Assembly (NCBI GenBank): GCA_964565305.1
Contig: CAZMEF010000001.1
Span: forward strand, 363 to 44,711
Direction of reading: 5' to 3'
Origin: an uncultured Eubacteriales bacterium
GTDB taxonomy: Bacteria > Bacillota > Sulfobacillia > Fermentithermobacillales > Fermentithermobacillaceae
Length of the DNA: 44,349 bases
Part shown: positions 20,781 through 30,529 of the stretch, piece after piece
Layout: every line of letters starts with the position of its first letter
Numbering within the stretch: position 1 is the first letter of the stretch
Translations under genes and position numbers: made by a program
Notes under the pieces: generated by a model
Database searches by the model: none
The model's input: the letters and a program-made list of their open reading frames with translations, nothing else
Told to the model about the DNA's origin: nothing

Positions 20781-21815
20781 TTATCCCTTGGCCCGGCGCG
20801 ACGACGCCATGACCTTTCTGAGCATGGTCTGATCTTCGAGCATAACACCTGTTCCGCGAGCCACGGCGCCTAATGCGTTGTCCACTATGTGAACAGGCAT
20901 CCCGGTTTCCGAAGAAACCAGCCTGTCAAGCCCGCGAAGCATAGAACCCCCACCCGACATCACGATACCGCGGTCCATGATATCGGCTGCAAGTTCCGGA
21001 GGGGTTCTTTCCAAAGTCTCCTTGATCGCGTCGATAATGGCGCTCACAGGTTCCGAAAGCGCCTTCCTGATCTCCCGCGAATCTACAGTGATGGTCCGCG
21101 GAAGGCCGGTAACAAGGTCGCGGCCGCGTATTTCCGCGCTCGTCTCTTCGTCCAAATCAAACGCGGATCCGATGGTCATCTTCACGTCTTCGGCGGTCCT
21201 CTCGCCTATCAACAAGTTGTAAGCTTTTTTGACGTAGTTCACCACTGCCTCGTCCAGTTCATCCCCACCGACACGTATGGAACGGGAGGTCACGATGCCT
21301 TCCAGAGAAATGACAGCGACTTCGCAGGTCCCCCCGCCGATATCAACAATCATGTTCCCGGTAGGTTCGTTCACGGGAAGGCCGGCGCCGACGGCAGCCG
21401 CCATGGGCTCCGGTACTGTCTCCGCGTCTCGGGCCCCCGCCGATTCGGCCGCGTCGATCACGGCTCTACGCTCCACCTCTGTGCAGCCGGAAGGCACGGC
21501 TACCAGGACAAACGGCTTAAGGATGCGCCTTTTCTGGGCCTTCTTAATGAAGTGGCGCATCATAGCCTGAGTTATGTCAAAATCAGCGATCACGCCGTCT
21601 TTCATGGGCCTTACGGCGATTATGTTCCCGGGGGTGCGCCCTATCATCATCTTGGCTTCAGTGCCCACTGCCAAGACCTCTTTGGTGTCGGCGTTAATGG
21701 CCACGACAGAGGGTTCCATAAGAGCGATCCCCTTGCCCCTTACGTGTACCAACGTGTTTGCGGTTCCCAGATCGATCCCAATGTCCCTGGCCAGGTAATT
21801 GTAGAGCCACTGCAA
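20781..21815 (-). CDS. mreB: Actin-like rod shape-determining protein MreB
   Basis: 344 aa. [30 protein letters not shown] and [15 protein letters not shown] are MreB/actin-fold ATPase motifs. Confidence 0.95.
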   Translation of the reverse strand: MQWLYNYLARDIGIDLGTANTLVHVRGKGIALMEPSVVAINADTKEVLAVGTEAKMMIGRTPGNIIAVRPMKDGVIADFDITQAMMRHFIKKAQKRRILKPFVLVAVPSGCTEVERRAVIDAAESAGARDAETVPEPMAAAVGAGLPVNEPTGNMIVDIGGGTCEVAVISLEGIVTSRSIRVGGDELDEAVVNYVKKAYNLLIGERTAEDVKMTIGSAFDLDEETSAEIRGRDLVTGLPRTITVDSREIRKALSEPVSAIIDAIKETLERTPPELAADIMDRGIVMSGGGSMLRGLDRLVSSETGMPVHIVDNALGAVARGTGVMLEDQTMLRKVMASSRRAKG

Positions 21816-21852
21816 TGCGCACCCTCTCCTTTGACTGTCGGATGAACCCTTC

Positions 21853-22551
21853 TTAGCAGAACCAGCCGGGACGCGATTCCCTGATGCTGTGATACGTAGA
21901 TCGCCCCACGATCACGTGGTCCATGACAAGGATCCCAAGAAGCTTCCCCGCTTCGCAGAGCCGTTCCGTCGCTACAAGATCATCATCGCTCGGAGTCGGG
22001 TCTCCGCTGGGATGGTTATGCACCAGGATGATTGCCGCCGCGCTCTTCTTAATAGAACTCTTGAAAACTTCCCTAGGATGCACGATAGTCGCATCCAGAC
22101 TTCCGACCGACACCAGATCCTTTCCTGTGACCTGGTTTCTCGTGTTCATGGACAGGATCCAAAAATGCTCCTTGTCCAACGAATTCGCCTCGAGCCGCAT
22201 GTACTCGAAAACTTCCTTTCCGCACGTCAAGGCCGCTTTGATCTCGACCTTTTCTTGGGACAGCCTCCTCCCAATCTCAACCGCGGCCATAAGCCTGGCG
22301 GCTTTGGCGGGGCCCACTCCTTCCACGCTTTCAAGTTCGCCGGGCGCCAACCTCTGCAGGAACCCGAGGCTCGTCCCATGTTCGGCTTCGCTCTTCACAA
22401 GCATGGTCCGGGCCAACTCGAGCGCCGTGAAAGAGGTGCTTCCCGTCCCTAGAAGGACAGCCACGATCTCCGCGTCTGTCAGGCTGCCCGCCCCCAGGCG
22501 CGCCATCTTTTCCCGTGGCTTATCCTGTTCGGGCCAGTCCTTGATAGTCAA
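21853..22551 (-). CDS. radC: RadC-like JAMM-family protein (UPF0758)
   Basis: 232 aa. N-terminal HhH region and the JAMM motif [17 protein letters not shown]. Confidence 0.85.
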   Translation of the reverse strand: MTIKDWPEQDKPREKMARLGAGSLTDAEIVAVLLGTGSTSFTALELARTMLVKSEAEHGTSLGFLQRLAPGELESVEGVGPAKAARLMAAVEIGRRLSQEKVEIKAALTCGKEVFEYMRLEANSLDKEHFWILSMNTRNQVTGKDLVSVGSLDATIVHPREVFKSSIKKSAAAIILVHNHPSGDPTPSDDDLVATERLCEAGKLLGILVMDHVIVGRSTYHSIRESRPGWFC

Positions 22552-22601
22552 ACGTCCGTTCCGAATCCTTTATTCCCCCCGTGATGCGCCCTTCGCAGCG
22601 A

Positions 22602-23204
22602 TCACGTCCCCACTCTTTGCAGAAGGTCTGACGGGCTGACGCCCGCGTCCTGCAACATGTCAAAAACCTTTGGCAAGGGGAGGCCGATTACCCCTGTGTA
22701 ATCTCCCTCGATCCTTTGTACCAAGAAAGCGCCGGCGCCTTGCAGGGCATAAGCGCCCGCTTTATCCATGGGTTCTCCGGTGTCGACATACCACCGGATG
22801 ACCTTATCCTCCAACTTTCGCATCCGGACCACCGTCCGGTCGTGGCCGGTACTGATCTGACAAGAGGCGGGATCGTACAACGCTACACCGGTATAAACGA
22901 TGTGGTCCTTCCCGGAGAGTCGTCGCAGCATTTCCTCTGCCTCAACCCTATCGGACGGTTTCCCCATTAGGTGCCCATCCTGACAAACCACCGTATCGGC
23001 CCCGAGGACGAAGTCATATGGGTAATCCCGGCTTACGGCCTCTACCTTCGCTCTCGCGAGTTTCTTCACAAGTTCCTCAGGGTTCAACTCTCCACCGGCG
23101 CTCTCGTCCACTCTTGACGGCACGACGAGCGGGTCTATCCCCACGCTTCTTAAGAGCGCCTTCCGTCTGGGAGATTCCGAAGCGAGAACAAGTCTGATCG
23201 CCAA
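22602..23204 (-). CDS. maf: Maf-family nucleoside triphosphate pyrophosphatase
   Basis: 200 aa. LVLASESPRRKALL...GADTVV...KAGAYALQG are the Maf signature motifs. Confidence 0.9.
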   Translation of the reverse strand: MAIRLVLASESPRRKALLRSVGIDPLVVPSRVDESAGGELNPEELVKKLARAKVEAVSRDYPYDFVLGADTVVCQDGHLMGKPSDRVEAEEMLRRLSGKDHIVYTGVALYDPASCQISTGHDRTVVRMRKLEDKVIRWYVDTGEPMDKAGAYALQGAGAFLVQRIEGDYTGVIGLPLPKVFDMLQDAGVSPSDLLQRVGT

Positions 23205-23450
23205 TCACCGCCCCAGAAGGAGGATCAGAAGCAACACAACAATCGCTCCGGCCAGATTAAGGTGAAGCGTGAAGCCGAACGAAAAAGAGATCACGTTCAC
23301 ATCGACGGCAAACGGGGGATCAACGCCCACAGTGAAACCCCTGGCCAACACGGGCACATTGTCTTTCAGGGTTTCACCCACGACGCTGCCGACAATGGCG
23401 CCTGCCATCAGGGCGATAACCAAAAGCCAAGTCCTTGTCTGTTTACGCAT
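23205..23450 (-). CDS. DUF4321-family small membrane protein
   Basis: The start is reassigned to the ATG at 23450, with GGAGG 7 nt upstream. 81 aa with two TM segments. This is the conserved position upstream of maf seen in Firmicutes-like operons. Confidence 0.65.
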   Translation of the reverse strand: MRKQTRTWLLVIALMAGAIVGSVVGETLKDNVPVLARGFTVGVDPPFAVDVNVISFSFGFTLHLNLAGAIVVLLLILLLGR

Positions 23451-23641
23451 AAGAGATCCTCCCATATTATACCATAGCAGTTCCCGGTTTGGCCGGGCCG
23501 AATACATACAATTGGGTTTCTACCAGCAATCTTATTCGAAGTAATCCCTGTCCACAAGTACTCTGGCCGCCCGTATTTCTACTGTTGACGACCAGTGACG
23601 CCAACCGGTTCCGGTCAATCGGACCCCCGGCCCCGCACGTG

Positions 23642-23672
23642 CAAAACCGCCGGGCCCCTCTGGGTCCGGCGG
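23642..23672 (-). terminator. Rho-independent terminator of the rnf operon
   Basis: Minus-strand RNA reads CCGCCGGACCC-AGAG-GGGCCCGGCGG followed by UUUUG: an 11-bp GC-rich stem (one G.U pair), a 4-nt loop, and a start about 25 nt after the rnfB stop. Confidence 0.6.
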
Positions 23673-23696
23673 ATTATGGCGCTGACTAAAGGCGAT

Positions 23697-24509
23697 TTAT
23701 GAAGCCGCTTGGGCCGGCCCTTTGGGATGGGTTATGGTCTTCGCGGGGCATTTCGAGGAACAGATGCCGCAGTTGTCGCAGAGCGAGTAATCGATTTTGG
23801 CAAGCGTTCCCTTATCCATCGCGATGGCCTTCTGCGGACAAGATCTGACGCAAATGGTACAAGCGATGCAACCCACCGAGCAGTACTTGCGAACGGCGGG
23901 CCCTTTGTCGTAGGAACGGCAAAGGATGTGGACTTCTTTGTCCTTTGGGACCAGTTCTATTACGTTCCTGGGGCACGCTTTTACGCACGCTCCGCAGCCG
24001 GTGCACTTTTCCGGTATGACCACGGGGAGCCCCTTGTCGCTCATGTACATCGCGTCGAATTTGCACGCTTCCACGCACGAACCGAGACCCAGACAACCGT
24101 ACGAACATTCTTTGTTGCCTCCAAGAAGATGGAGGGCGAGGCAATCGGAGATGCCCTGGTACTCGGCGTTCTTCACTGCTTTCTCGTTGTCGCCCTGACA
24201 GAAAACAACAGCGACGCTCGGTTCGACAGCAGAAGCGGCCTTACCTGTAATCTGCGCTATTTTCTCCGCTACCAGATTACCGCCAACCACGCATGCGTTT
24301 ACAGGCGCCGTCCCGGCGACGACCGAAGATGCGTACCCGGCGCAACCCGGGTACCCACAGCCACCGCAATTCGCTCCGGGGAGGACAGAAATGATCTCTC
24401 CGACGCGCGGATCTTCTTCAACCTTGAACTTCTTTGCCGCTACCGCCAGCAGCACTCCGATGACCAGACCTGAGACTCCCAGAAAAATGGCGGCTTGGAG
24501 CATTTCCAT
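23697..24509 (-). CDS. rnfB: Rnf electron transport complex subunit B (polyferredoxin)
   Basis: 270 aa. N-terminal TM, the CGGCGYPGCAGYA motif, and several CxxCxxCxxxCP 4Fe-4S motifs. Confidence 0.9.
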   Translation of the reverse strand: MEMLQAAIFLGVSGLVIGVLLAVAAKKFKVEEDPRVGEIISVLPGANCGGCGYPGCAGYASSVVAGTAPVNACVVGGNLVAEKIAQITGKAASAVEPSVAVVFCQGDNEKAVKNAEYQGISDCLALHLLGGNKECSYGCLGLGSCVEACKFDAMYMSDKGLPVVIPEKCTGCGACVKACPRNVIELVPKDKEVHILCRSYDKGPAVRKYCSVGCIACTICVRSCPQKAIAMDKGTLAKIDYSLCDNCGICSSKCPAKTITHPKGPAQAAS

Positions 24510-24516
24510 GTCCCCC

Positions 24517-25110
24517 CTATTTCAGCACGTTTTTGAATAATCCCGCGAAGCCCTGGAAGGCAAGCGCCATAAGCGAGGTGCCCACAAGAGCCAACGGGAA
24601 GCCCTTCAGCGTGGAGGGGATCTTGGTGAACTTCCAACGCTCCCTGATTCCGGCGAAGATCAGGATGGCGACGCTCCATCCGAGAGCGCCCGCGAATCCG
24701 TTAACCGTGCTCCACAGGACGTTGTAAGACTTGTTGGCGTTTATGATGGCGACACCCAAAACGGCGCAGTTGGTGGTGATAAGCGGAAGGTAGATGCCCA
24801 ACGCCTTGTAAAGCGAGGGGGCCACCTTCTTCAGGAAGATCTCCACCAACTGTACGAAGCCCGCGATGACCAAAATGTACACGATTGTCCTCATGTACTC
24901 CAGGCCCAGCCGGACCAAAATGAACTGCTCGAAAGCGGCGGTGACGGTTGAGGCGAACGTCATCACAAAAATGACGGCCCCCGACATGCCCAACGCCGTC
25001 TCCGTCTGCTCAGACAGCCCCAGGAAAGGGCATAGACCGAGATATTGCATGAAAATGAAGTTGGAGACGAAAACGCCACCGATCAATATCGAGATGAATG
25101 TCAAGGTCAT
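24517..25110 (-). CDS. rnfA: Rnf complex subunit A
   Basis: 197-aa polytopic membrane protein with YLGLCPFLGLS, typical of RnfA/NqrE. Confidence 0.9.
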   Translation of the reverse strand: MTLTFISILIGGVFVSNFIFMQYLGLCPFLGLSEQTETALGMSGAVIFVMTFASTVTAAFEQFILVRLGLEYMRTIVYILVIAGFVQLVEIFLKKVAPSLYKALGIYLPLITTNCAVLGVAIINANKSYNVLWSTVNGFAGALGWSVAILIFAGIRERWKFTKIPSTLKGFPLALVGTSLMALAFQGFAGLFKNVLK

Positions 25111-25117
25111 CCCTCCA

Positions 25118-25744
25118 CTAATGAGCCTTCTTGCGCTCGGACCGCAATACCGCGATGTTCAAGATCGCCATCAGGAGTCCCAGAGTCATGAATCCCCCGG
25201 GCGGAGTGAGCATTACGACAAGAGGCTCAAACAGCTTAACGCTCGGAAACACAAAACTTCCCCAAGAAATCTGCCCTGTTCCAAGAAACTGCCTTATGCC
25301 GCCGATGATCATCAGATTGATGGTATATCCCGCACCTATGCCGAGCCCGTCAAGAAGCGATCTTATGACCGTAGATTTGTAGGCGAACGCTTCAGCGCGG
25401 GCTATGATGATGCAGTTCACAACGATTAGCGGGACGAAAACGCCCAGGATGTTGAACATAGCGGGCATGTATGCCTTCATGAACAACTCGACGATTACCA
25501 CCGGGGTCGCGATCAGAATTACGAAAACGGGAATGCGAATCCCGTCGGGGGTCACTTTCCGTAACGCCGACACGCAGACATTTGAGAAAGCCAAGACGAA
25601 AATCACGGCCAAGCCCATCCAGAACCCGTTTTCGACGGAGGTCGTGACGGCCAGAGTGGGGCACATGCCCACGACTAGCCTGAAAGTAGCGTTCTCCTCT
25701 ATGAACCCTTTTGTGAACTCGCCTAGCAAGGACCTAGTCTTCAC
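25118..25744 (-). CDS. rnfE: Rnf complex subunit E
   Basis: 208 aa. VVGMCPTLAVTTSVENG is typical of RnfE/NqrD. GTG start, 7 nt after the rnfD stop. Confidence 0.9.
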   Translation of the reverse strand: MKTRSLLGEFTKGFIEENATFRLVVGMCPTLAVTTSVENGFWMGLAVIFVLAFSNVCVSALRKVTPDGIRIPVFVILIATPVVIVELFMKAYMPAMFNILGVFVPLIVVNCIIIARAEAFAYKSTVIRSLLDGLGIGAGYTINLMIIGGIRQFLGTGQISWGSFVFPSVKLFEPLVVMLTPPGGFMTLGLLMAILNIAVLRSERKKAH

Positions 25745-25751
25745 TCTAATC

Positions 25752-26720
25752 TCACCTCTTTGCCTTGGCGGATTTTCGGGCCGCCAGGTCGTGCGCGTAC
25801 CCGTAGTACTTTGGAACGACGAACTTATCGATCAACGGGGTGATCAGATTCATGAACAAGATAGCGTACGTGACGCCTTCGGGATAACCACCCCATATCC
25901 TTATGAGGAGGGTCATAAAACCGCAGCCGATCCCCATGATGAGGCGACCCTTCGGAGTCACGGGCGACGTGACGTAATCTGTGGCCATGAAGAACGCCCC
26001 CAGGATCGCGCCGCCAAGAAGAAGTCCCTGCAACCCATCACCTTTCAAATACCCTAGCGGGCTCCCGAAAACCCAAGTACCAACAAATAACGTGCCGAGA
26101 AAACCCAAAGGAATCCAGCCGTCGATGATATCGGTTGCCAAAAGAAACGCGCCGCCGAGGAGCAAGGCGATGACGCAGGTCTCGCCGAGCGACCCAAGGC
26201 GCTTGCCGATGAGCAGATCTACGAGCCCCGGAACAGCGCCGCCTCCCAAAGGAGTAGCCGAAGAAATTGCGTCGCGCGTGGCGGGATTCACCCACGCTGA
26301 GGTCATGGCGCTGGGCCAGGCTGCCAAAACGAAGGCCCTGCCGGCAAGAGCCGGGTTTACGAAGTTAACTCCCAGCCCACCAAAGATCTGCTTCCCGATG
26401 ACTATCGCAAAAACGGACCCGATGGCAGGGACGTAAAGCGGCACCCCGGGCGGAAGCGTCATCGCCAAAAGGAGCCCCGTCACGACAGCCGACAAGTCGC
26501 CGATAGTAATTTCCTGCTTATTCGCCCTCTGCCAGACCGCTTCCGAGGCGACAGCGAACGCTACTGAAACGAGGATAAGCAAGAGCGCGTTAGAGCCAAA
26601 CCAGTAAACGCCTGCCGCGGATGCAGGCAAGAGCGCGGCTATTACGCCGAACATGATTCTTTTGACCGTCGTAGGACTCTTTATATGAGGAGACGGCGTT
26701 ACTAGAAGCTTTTCCTCCAT
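25752..26720 (-). CDS. rnfD: Rnf complex subunit D
   Basis: 322-aa polytopic NqrB/RnfD-like protein. SPHIKSP N-terminus and an FMN-attachment-type motif, DAISSATPLGG. Confidence 0.9.
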   Translation of the reverse strand: MEEKLLVTPSPHIKSPTTVKRIMFGVIAALLPASAAGVYWFGSNALLLILVSVAFAVASEAVWQRANKQEITIGDLSAVVTGLLLAMTLPPGVPLYVPAIGSVFAIVIGKQIFGGLGVNFVNPALAGRAFVLAAWPSAMTSAWVNPATRDAISSATPLGGGAVPGLVDLLIGKRLGSLGETCVIALLLGGAFLLATDIIDGWIPLGFLGTLFVGTWVFGSPLGYLKGDGLQGLLLGGAILGAFFMATDYVTSPVTPKGRLIMGIGCGFMTLLIRIWGGYPEGVTYAILFMNLITPLIDKFVVPKYYGYAHDLAARKSAKAKR

Positions 26721-26750
26721 CCGTTACTCTCCGTCCTTCCCTTCCGCCTT

Positions 26751-28103
26751 CTACCTGGCGGCCGCTGCCCGGCGTTTTGCTGTGATTCTCGCCTTGGCAA
26801 GCTTTATCGACTGCACCAGGGGTCTCTTCGAAGGGCACACGTAGCTGCATGCCCCGCATTCGATGCAATCCATGGCGCGGAACTTCTCGGCATCCTCCAG
26901 ATAGCCGTTGTCGGAACTGGCGGATATCCAAAGAGGGAGTAACCTGGCGGGGCAGGCCTCAACGCACCGCCCGCACCTGACGCAAGGCAGCACCGGTTCC
27001 TCTTTGACTTCCTCCGTAGACAGAACGACGATACCGGAAGTGCCCTTGCATACGGGAGTGTTAGGATCTTTGATCGAGACGCCCATCATGGGCCCTCCCA
27101 TGATGATTTTGGCCGGAGTGCCCGAAAACCCGCCGGCCGCCTCGATCAGATGCGAAACAGGCGTCCCCACAAACGTTCGGAAATTGCCTGGATTCTTCAC
27201 TCCTCCGCCCGTCACGGTCACAACGCGTTCGACAAGCGGCAACCCGTCAAGAACTGCTTCGGCCAACGCGTACGCGGTACCTACGTTCGAAACGATAACG
27301 CCCACGTCGAGCGGAAGACCCGGCGGAGGCGGAACCTCGCGACCCAAGACGACCTGAATCAGCTGCTTCTCCCCACCGCGCGGGTAGCGAGAAGGCACGA
27401 CCGCCAAGTCTATATCCGAAAACTGCTTCACAGCGCCGCGCATGGCTTCTATGGCTTCAGGCTTGTTATCCTCTATGCACACGATCCCCCGTTCGACAGA
27501 GGATGCCTTCATGAGAGCGCGAAAACCGAAGACCACTTTCTCCGGCTCTTCGACCATGAGCCTGTCATCCGCCGTCAAGTAAGGCTCGCACTCAATCCCG
27601 TTTAGGAGATACGTGTCGATCCGCTTTGCGGGCGGCGGAGACAGCTTGACCGCCGTCGGAAATGCGGCGCCTCCGAGCCCGACCAGCCCGATCTCCCTCG
27701 CCAAAGCCAAGAGCTCTTCCTTGGAGATCTCGTCGAGATTACCTGCCCTGGACGCAACCGATTCGTGCGTCTCGTTCTGGCCATCGGGCACGATAACGAC
27801 GGCGTCCACGAGCCTCGCCTGCACGGGGTGGAACCTCGGCTCGATCCCTTTTATCTTTCCGGAAGTAGGAGCATGAACAGAGGCGCTAACGGCGCCCTGA
27901 GCGGCCGCGACAACCTGGCCTCTCTTCACAAGGTCGCCCGCCTTCACGAGGGCGCTTGCGGGAGCGCCTGTGTGCTGGGAAAGGAAAAGAGCGAGCTCGC
28001 CCGGAATTCCCGCAAACGAGATCGCCGCTTTTGACGAAAGTTCCTTTCTGTCGGGAAACGACACTCCACCTGAAATTCGTTTCAGGTTCTCCAACAACAC
28101 CAC
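26751..28103 (-). CDS. rnfC: Rnf complex subunit C (NADH-binding, 2x[4Fe-4S])
   Basis: 450 aa. GLGGAAFPT, the SLBB region, and CVRCGRCVEACP plus CIECGACSYVCP. Confidence 0.9.
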   Translation of the reverse strand: MVLLENLKRISGGVSFPDRKELSSKAAISFAGIPGELALFLSQHTGAPASALVKAGDLVKRGQVVAAAQGAVSASVHAPTSGKIKGIEPRFHPVQARLVDAVVIVPDGQNETHESVASRAGNLDEISKEELLALAREIGLVGLGGAAFPTAVKLSPPPAKRIDTYLLNGIECEPYLTADDRLMVEEPEKVVFGFRALMKASSVERGIVCIEDNKPEAIEAMRGAVKQFSDIDLAVVPSRYPRGGEKQLIQVVLGREVPPPPGLPLDVGVIVSNVGTAYALAEAVLDGLPLVERVVTVTGGGVKNPGNFRTFVGTPVSHLIEAAGGFSGTPAKIIMGGPMMGVSIKDPNTPVCKGTSGIVVLSTEEVKEEPVLPCVRCGRCVEACPARLLPLWISASSDNGYLEDAEKFRAMDCIECGACSYVCPSKRPLVQSIKLAKARITAKRRAAAAR

Positions 28104-28149
28104 CTCATCACCTTGCTAACGACAAATATAAAGCCACCAAACAGAACAT

Positions 28150-28179
28150 ATTGTACAAGTCTGTCCCTCGGTTCGTCAA
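28150..28179 (-). promoter_or_regulatory. Candidate sigma-70 promoter of the rnf operon
   Basis: Minus strand: TTGACG (28174-28179), an 18-nt spacer, then TACAAT (28150-28155). It lies about 45 nt upstream of the rnfC GTG. Confidence 0.4.
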
Positions 28180-28253
28180 ACTGCCGAACGGTTTCAACCA
28201 TGGCTAAATAGACCAAATCACGCTTCGACTCGCGGGCTTGAAGATGCGGTCCT

Positions 28254-29612
28254 TTATGGCCTTCGACGCCGTGAGGCGGCGGCGATGCCGAGGCAGGCTC
28301 TGTACTTGGCCACTGTGCGTCTCGCCACCTCGAACCCTTGGGCGGAAAGCGCTTCGGCCAGTTCTGAGTCGGACAGAGGGGACTTGGGGTCTTCGGCCTG
28401 TATCACCTCACGCAGGCGCTCCATAGCGGCTCCTTGAGAGGCGCCCTCCTTTCCCGAACGCAACCTGGGGCTGAAAAACCCTTTACACGGAAATGTGCCG
28501 TGCGGCGTCAGTATGTATTTCTGCGATACCGAACGACTGACCGTCGACTCGTGCATCGACAGTTCCGAGGCCACTTGCCGGAGAGTCAAAGGCTTTAGCC
28601 CAAGCGGACCTACCTTGAAAAAAGCTTCTTGGTGACGCGCCACGCACGTCATCACCCTGAGCACCGTGTCCCGCCGACCTTCTATGCTCGAAAGAAGGGC
28701 GCGGGCCCGCCTTTGTCTTTCCTTGAGGTATTCCCTGGTCTCGGGGTCCCCGGACCTCAGAAGTCTCAAATAGAAAGAACTCCAGCGCACTTCAGGCAAG
28801 GCCGGTTCGTTGAGCGTCACCTTTATCTCGCCGTCTTGGGCATGCGCTATGACGTCCGGTATCACGTTGACCACTTTGGTCTCTGAGAACTGAGCCCCGG
28901 GCTTCGGATCTAGAGATTGCACCTCATCACGGGCCCACAGAACCTGGTCCACCTCCACGCCGAACTTCCTGGCGATTTTCCTGTAGCGTCCTGCGGCGAG
29001 GTCCTCAAGGTGGCCTTCGATAATGTCGTGAGCAAGGGGCGAAATGCGCCTGTAATGGGCCTGGATGTCCAAGCATTCGCGCAAACTCCTAGCTCCCACT
29101 CCGACAGGTTCCAAGGATCTGACGATACCGACCGCTTTCGCGATCAATTCGACCGGATAGCCGGTCAAATCCGCCATTTCGCTATCGGTGGAAAGGAGGT
29201 ATCCGTTGTCGTCAATGCTGCCAATCACGTGTTCGCAGGCGCAATATTCCTTCTTGGAAAGAGGTATCAGGCCCAACTGCGACAACAGGTGGCTCCTGAG
29301 GCTTACCGGGGTCTCAGAATAGCGCTCGTAATCGCCGGCACGCGGACCCTGTTTCACGCCGGGCAAGGCCAAGGGGCCGTACATTTCGGGAAGTGGGCGC
29401 TCATCGTCGCCGGCGGGCTCGCTTTGCTCGGGAAGAGGCTCTTCGGGCCATTCGTCCAACATTTCGAGAAGTGGGTTCTCTTGGACCTCGGATTGTATGA
29501 GCGAGAGGAGGTCCGCCGCGTTCAGCTGCAAGATCGTAATCGCCTGCCTAAGCTCAGGCGTCAAACTAAGCCGTTGGGACTGTATCAGTTGCAGACCGTA
29601 ACCCGGTTTCAT
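28254..29612 (-). CDS. rpoN: RNA polymerase sigma-54 factor
   Basis: 452 aa. Region I LQLIQSQRLSLTPELRQAITILQL, an acidic region II, and the C-terminal RpoN box ARRTVAKYR. Confidence 0.9.
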   Translation of the reverse strand: MKPGYGLQLIQSQRLSLTPELRQAITILQLNAADLLSLIQSEVQENPLLEMLDEWPEEPLPEQSEPAGDDERPLPEMYGPLALPGVKQGPRAGDYERYSETPVSLRSHLLSQLGLIPLSKKEYCACEHVIGSIDDNGYLLSTDSEMADLTGYPVELIAKAVGIVRSLEPVGVGARSLRECLDIQAHYRRISPLAHDIIEGHLEDLAAGRYRKIARKFGVEVDQVLWARDEVQSLDPKPGAQFSETKVVNVIPDVIAHAQDGEIKVTLNEPALPEVRWSSFYLRLLRSGDPETREYLKERQRRARALLSSIEGRRDTVLRVMTCVARHQEAFFKVGPLGLKPLTLRQVASELSMHESTVSRSVSQKYILTPHGTFPCKGFFSPRLRSGKEGASQGAAMERLREVIQAEDPKSPLSDSELAEALSAQGFEVARRTVAKYRACLGIAAASRRRRP

Positions 29613-29668
29613 CTTCTCCCCCTTCTCAGATCTATTTCCGACCCGGGGGGTCCTTTCCTTCCGGAAGG

Positions 29669-30529
29669 TTATTCCAGACTTATCTTCTTGGTTGAGATAT
29701 CGACGCTTTGAAGGTAGATTCCGGTCAGGTGTTCCAGCCGTTCTTTCAGGCTTCTTTGAAGATCGATCATCAGGGCGAAGATGTCCTGTCCGTATGTCAG
29801 GACGAGCTCGACATCGATGATAGTACCCTCCCCTGTGGATAGAACTATCACTTTTTGAACTCTCTTGACGCCGGGAGTCTCCATGCAGATCTTCTGCGCG
29901 ATCTGCATCACCACTTGATCGGCGATGTAAAAATGCCCGAAGTAACTGTAAGTCGGCCTAACGACCGACCGTTCCGCTTGCACGTATCGCTGCTCCCTCG
30001 ACCGGATGAACATCTGGATAGGATCCACCATGTATCCGGAAAAGGTCTTCTTCACTTCGAACGTGGGCGCGGGGATGACGTGTTTTCCCTCTTGCCGCCT
30101 CTGCCAGAGGGCCTTGTCAATATCCTCAATGGAAGCCAAATCCTTGATGTCGAGGTACTTCAGCGGGCGTCCCAATCCCAATCGCGATGTTATGCGATCT
30201 ACCATGGTCATGGATGTTCCGAGTATCAAGACCCGGGAGGGTGACAATTCAAGCAAAGCATCGCGAACCTCAAGGGCGTGGCCCGGTGTGGAGAAGATGG
30301 CTCTTCTGATCGCGGCGGTCCGGGTCTCTTCCCGCTTTGCGGAACGGCCGGCAAGTATCCTGGAGCCCGCTATCAGCAAACCGTCGTCGACAAGAGCGTC
30401 GCAGCCCCACTCTTGGGCGACCGCCATGGCGTGGTGGGACTTGCCGGTCCCACTTGGTCCGACTAGTGCGATAACCTCGATGCCTTCCCGCGTGGGCCGG
30501 TTTTCTATTTCTTTGCCCGACGAAACCAC
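29669..30529 (-). CDS. Fusion protein: N-terminal P-loop NTPase (HprK/RapZ-like Walker A context) + C-terminal Asp23/Gls24-like domain
   Basis: 286 aa. Walker A LVGPSGTGKSH, followed about 20 aa later by ALVDDGLLI. The C-terminal 100 aa (YIADQVVMQIAQKICMETPGVKRV...IIDVELVLTYGQDIFALMIDLQRSLKERLEHLTGIYLQSVDI) fits the Asp23 pattern. GTG start with GAAAGGGG 7 nt upstream. Confidence 0.6.
   Translation of the reverse strand: MVSSGKEIENRPTREGIEVIALVGPSGTGKSHHAMAVAQEWGCDALVDDGLLIAGSRILAGRSAKREETRTAAIRRAIFSTPGHALEVRDALLELSPSRVLILGTSMTMVDRITSRLGLGRPLKYLDIKDLASIEDIDKALWQRRQEGKHVIPAPTFEVKKTFSGYMVDPIQMFIRSREQRYVQAERSVVRPTYSYFGHFYIADQVVMQIAQKICMETPGVKRVQKVIVLSTGEGTIIDVELVLTYGQDIFALMIDLQRSLKERLEHLTGIYLQSVDISTKKISLE

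Noticed and set aside
20889-21845. 318-aa plus-strand ORF
   Set aside because: It is entirely antisense to mreB, which has unmistakable actin-fold motifs. The product is Arg/Gly/Pro/His-rich low-complexity sequence, typical of shadow ORFs in GC-rich DNA.
23709-24473. 254-aa plus-strand ORF
   Set aside because: It is antisense to rnfB (clear polyferredoxin motifs on the minus strand) and has no recognisable motif or ribosome-binding site.
28076-28201. 41-aa minus-strand small ORF (MVETVRQFDEPRDRLVQYVLFGGFIFVVSKVMRWCCWRT) upstream of rnfC, considered as a small membrane protein or leader
   Set aside because: It has no Shine-Dalgarno, it contains the best rnf promoter candidate within it, and it overlaps the rnfC start out of frame. 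It is probably fortuitous.
28917-29711. 264-aa plus-strand ORF
   Set aside because: It is antisense to rpoN and is a shadow ORF. The same reasoning applies to 7274..7957 and 7477..8175 opposite ligA, 35380..36129 opposite the amidase, and 12158..12664/12534..13061 opposite the XPB pair.
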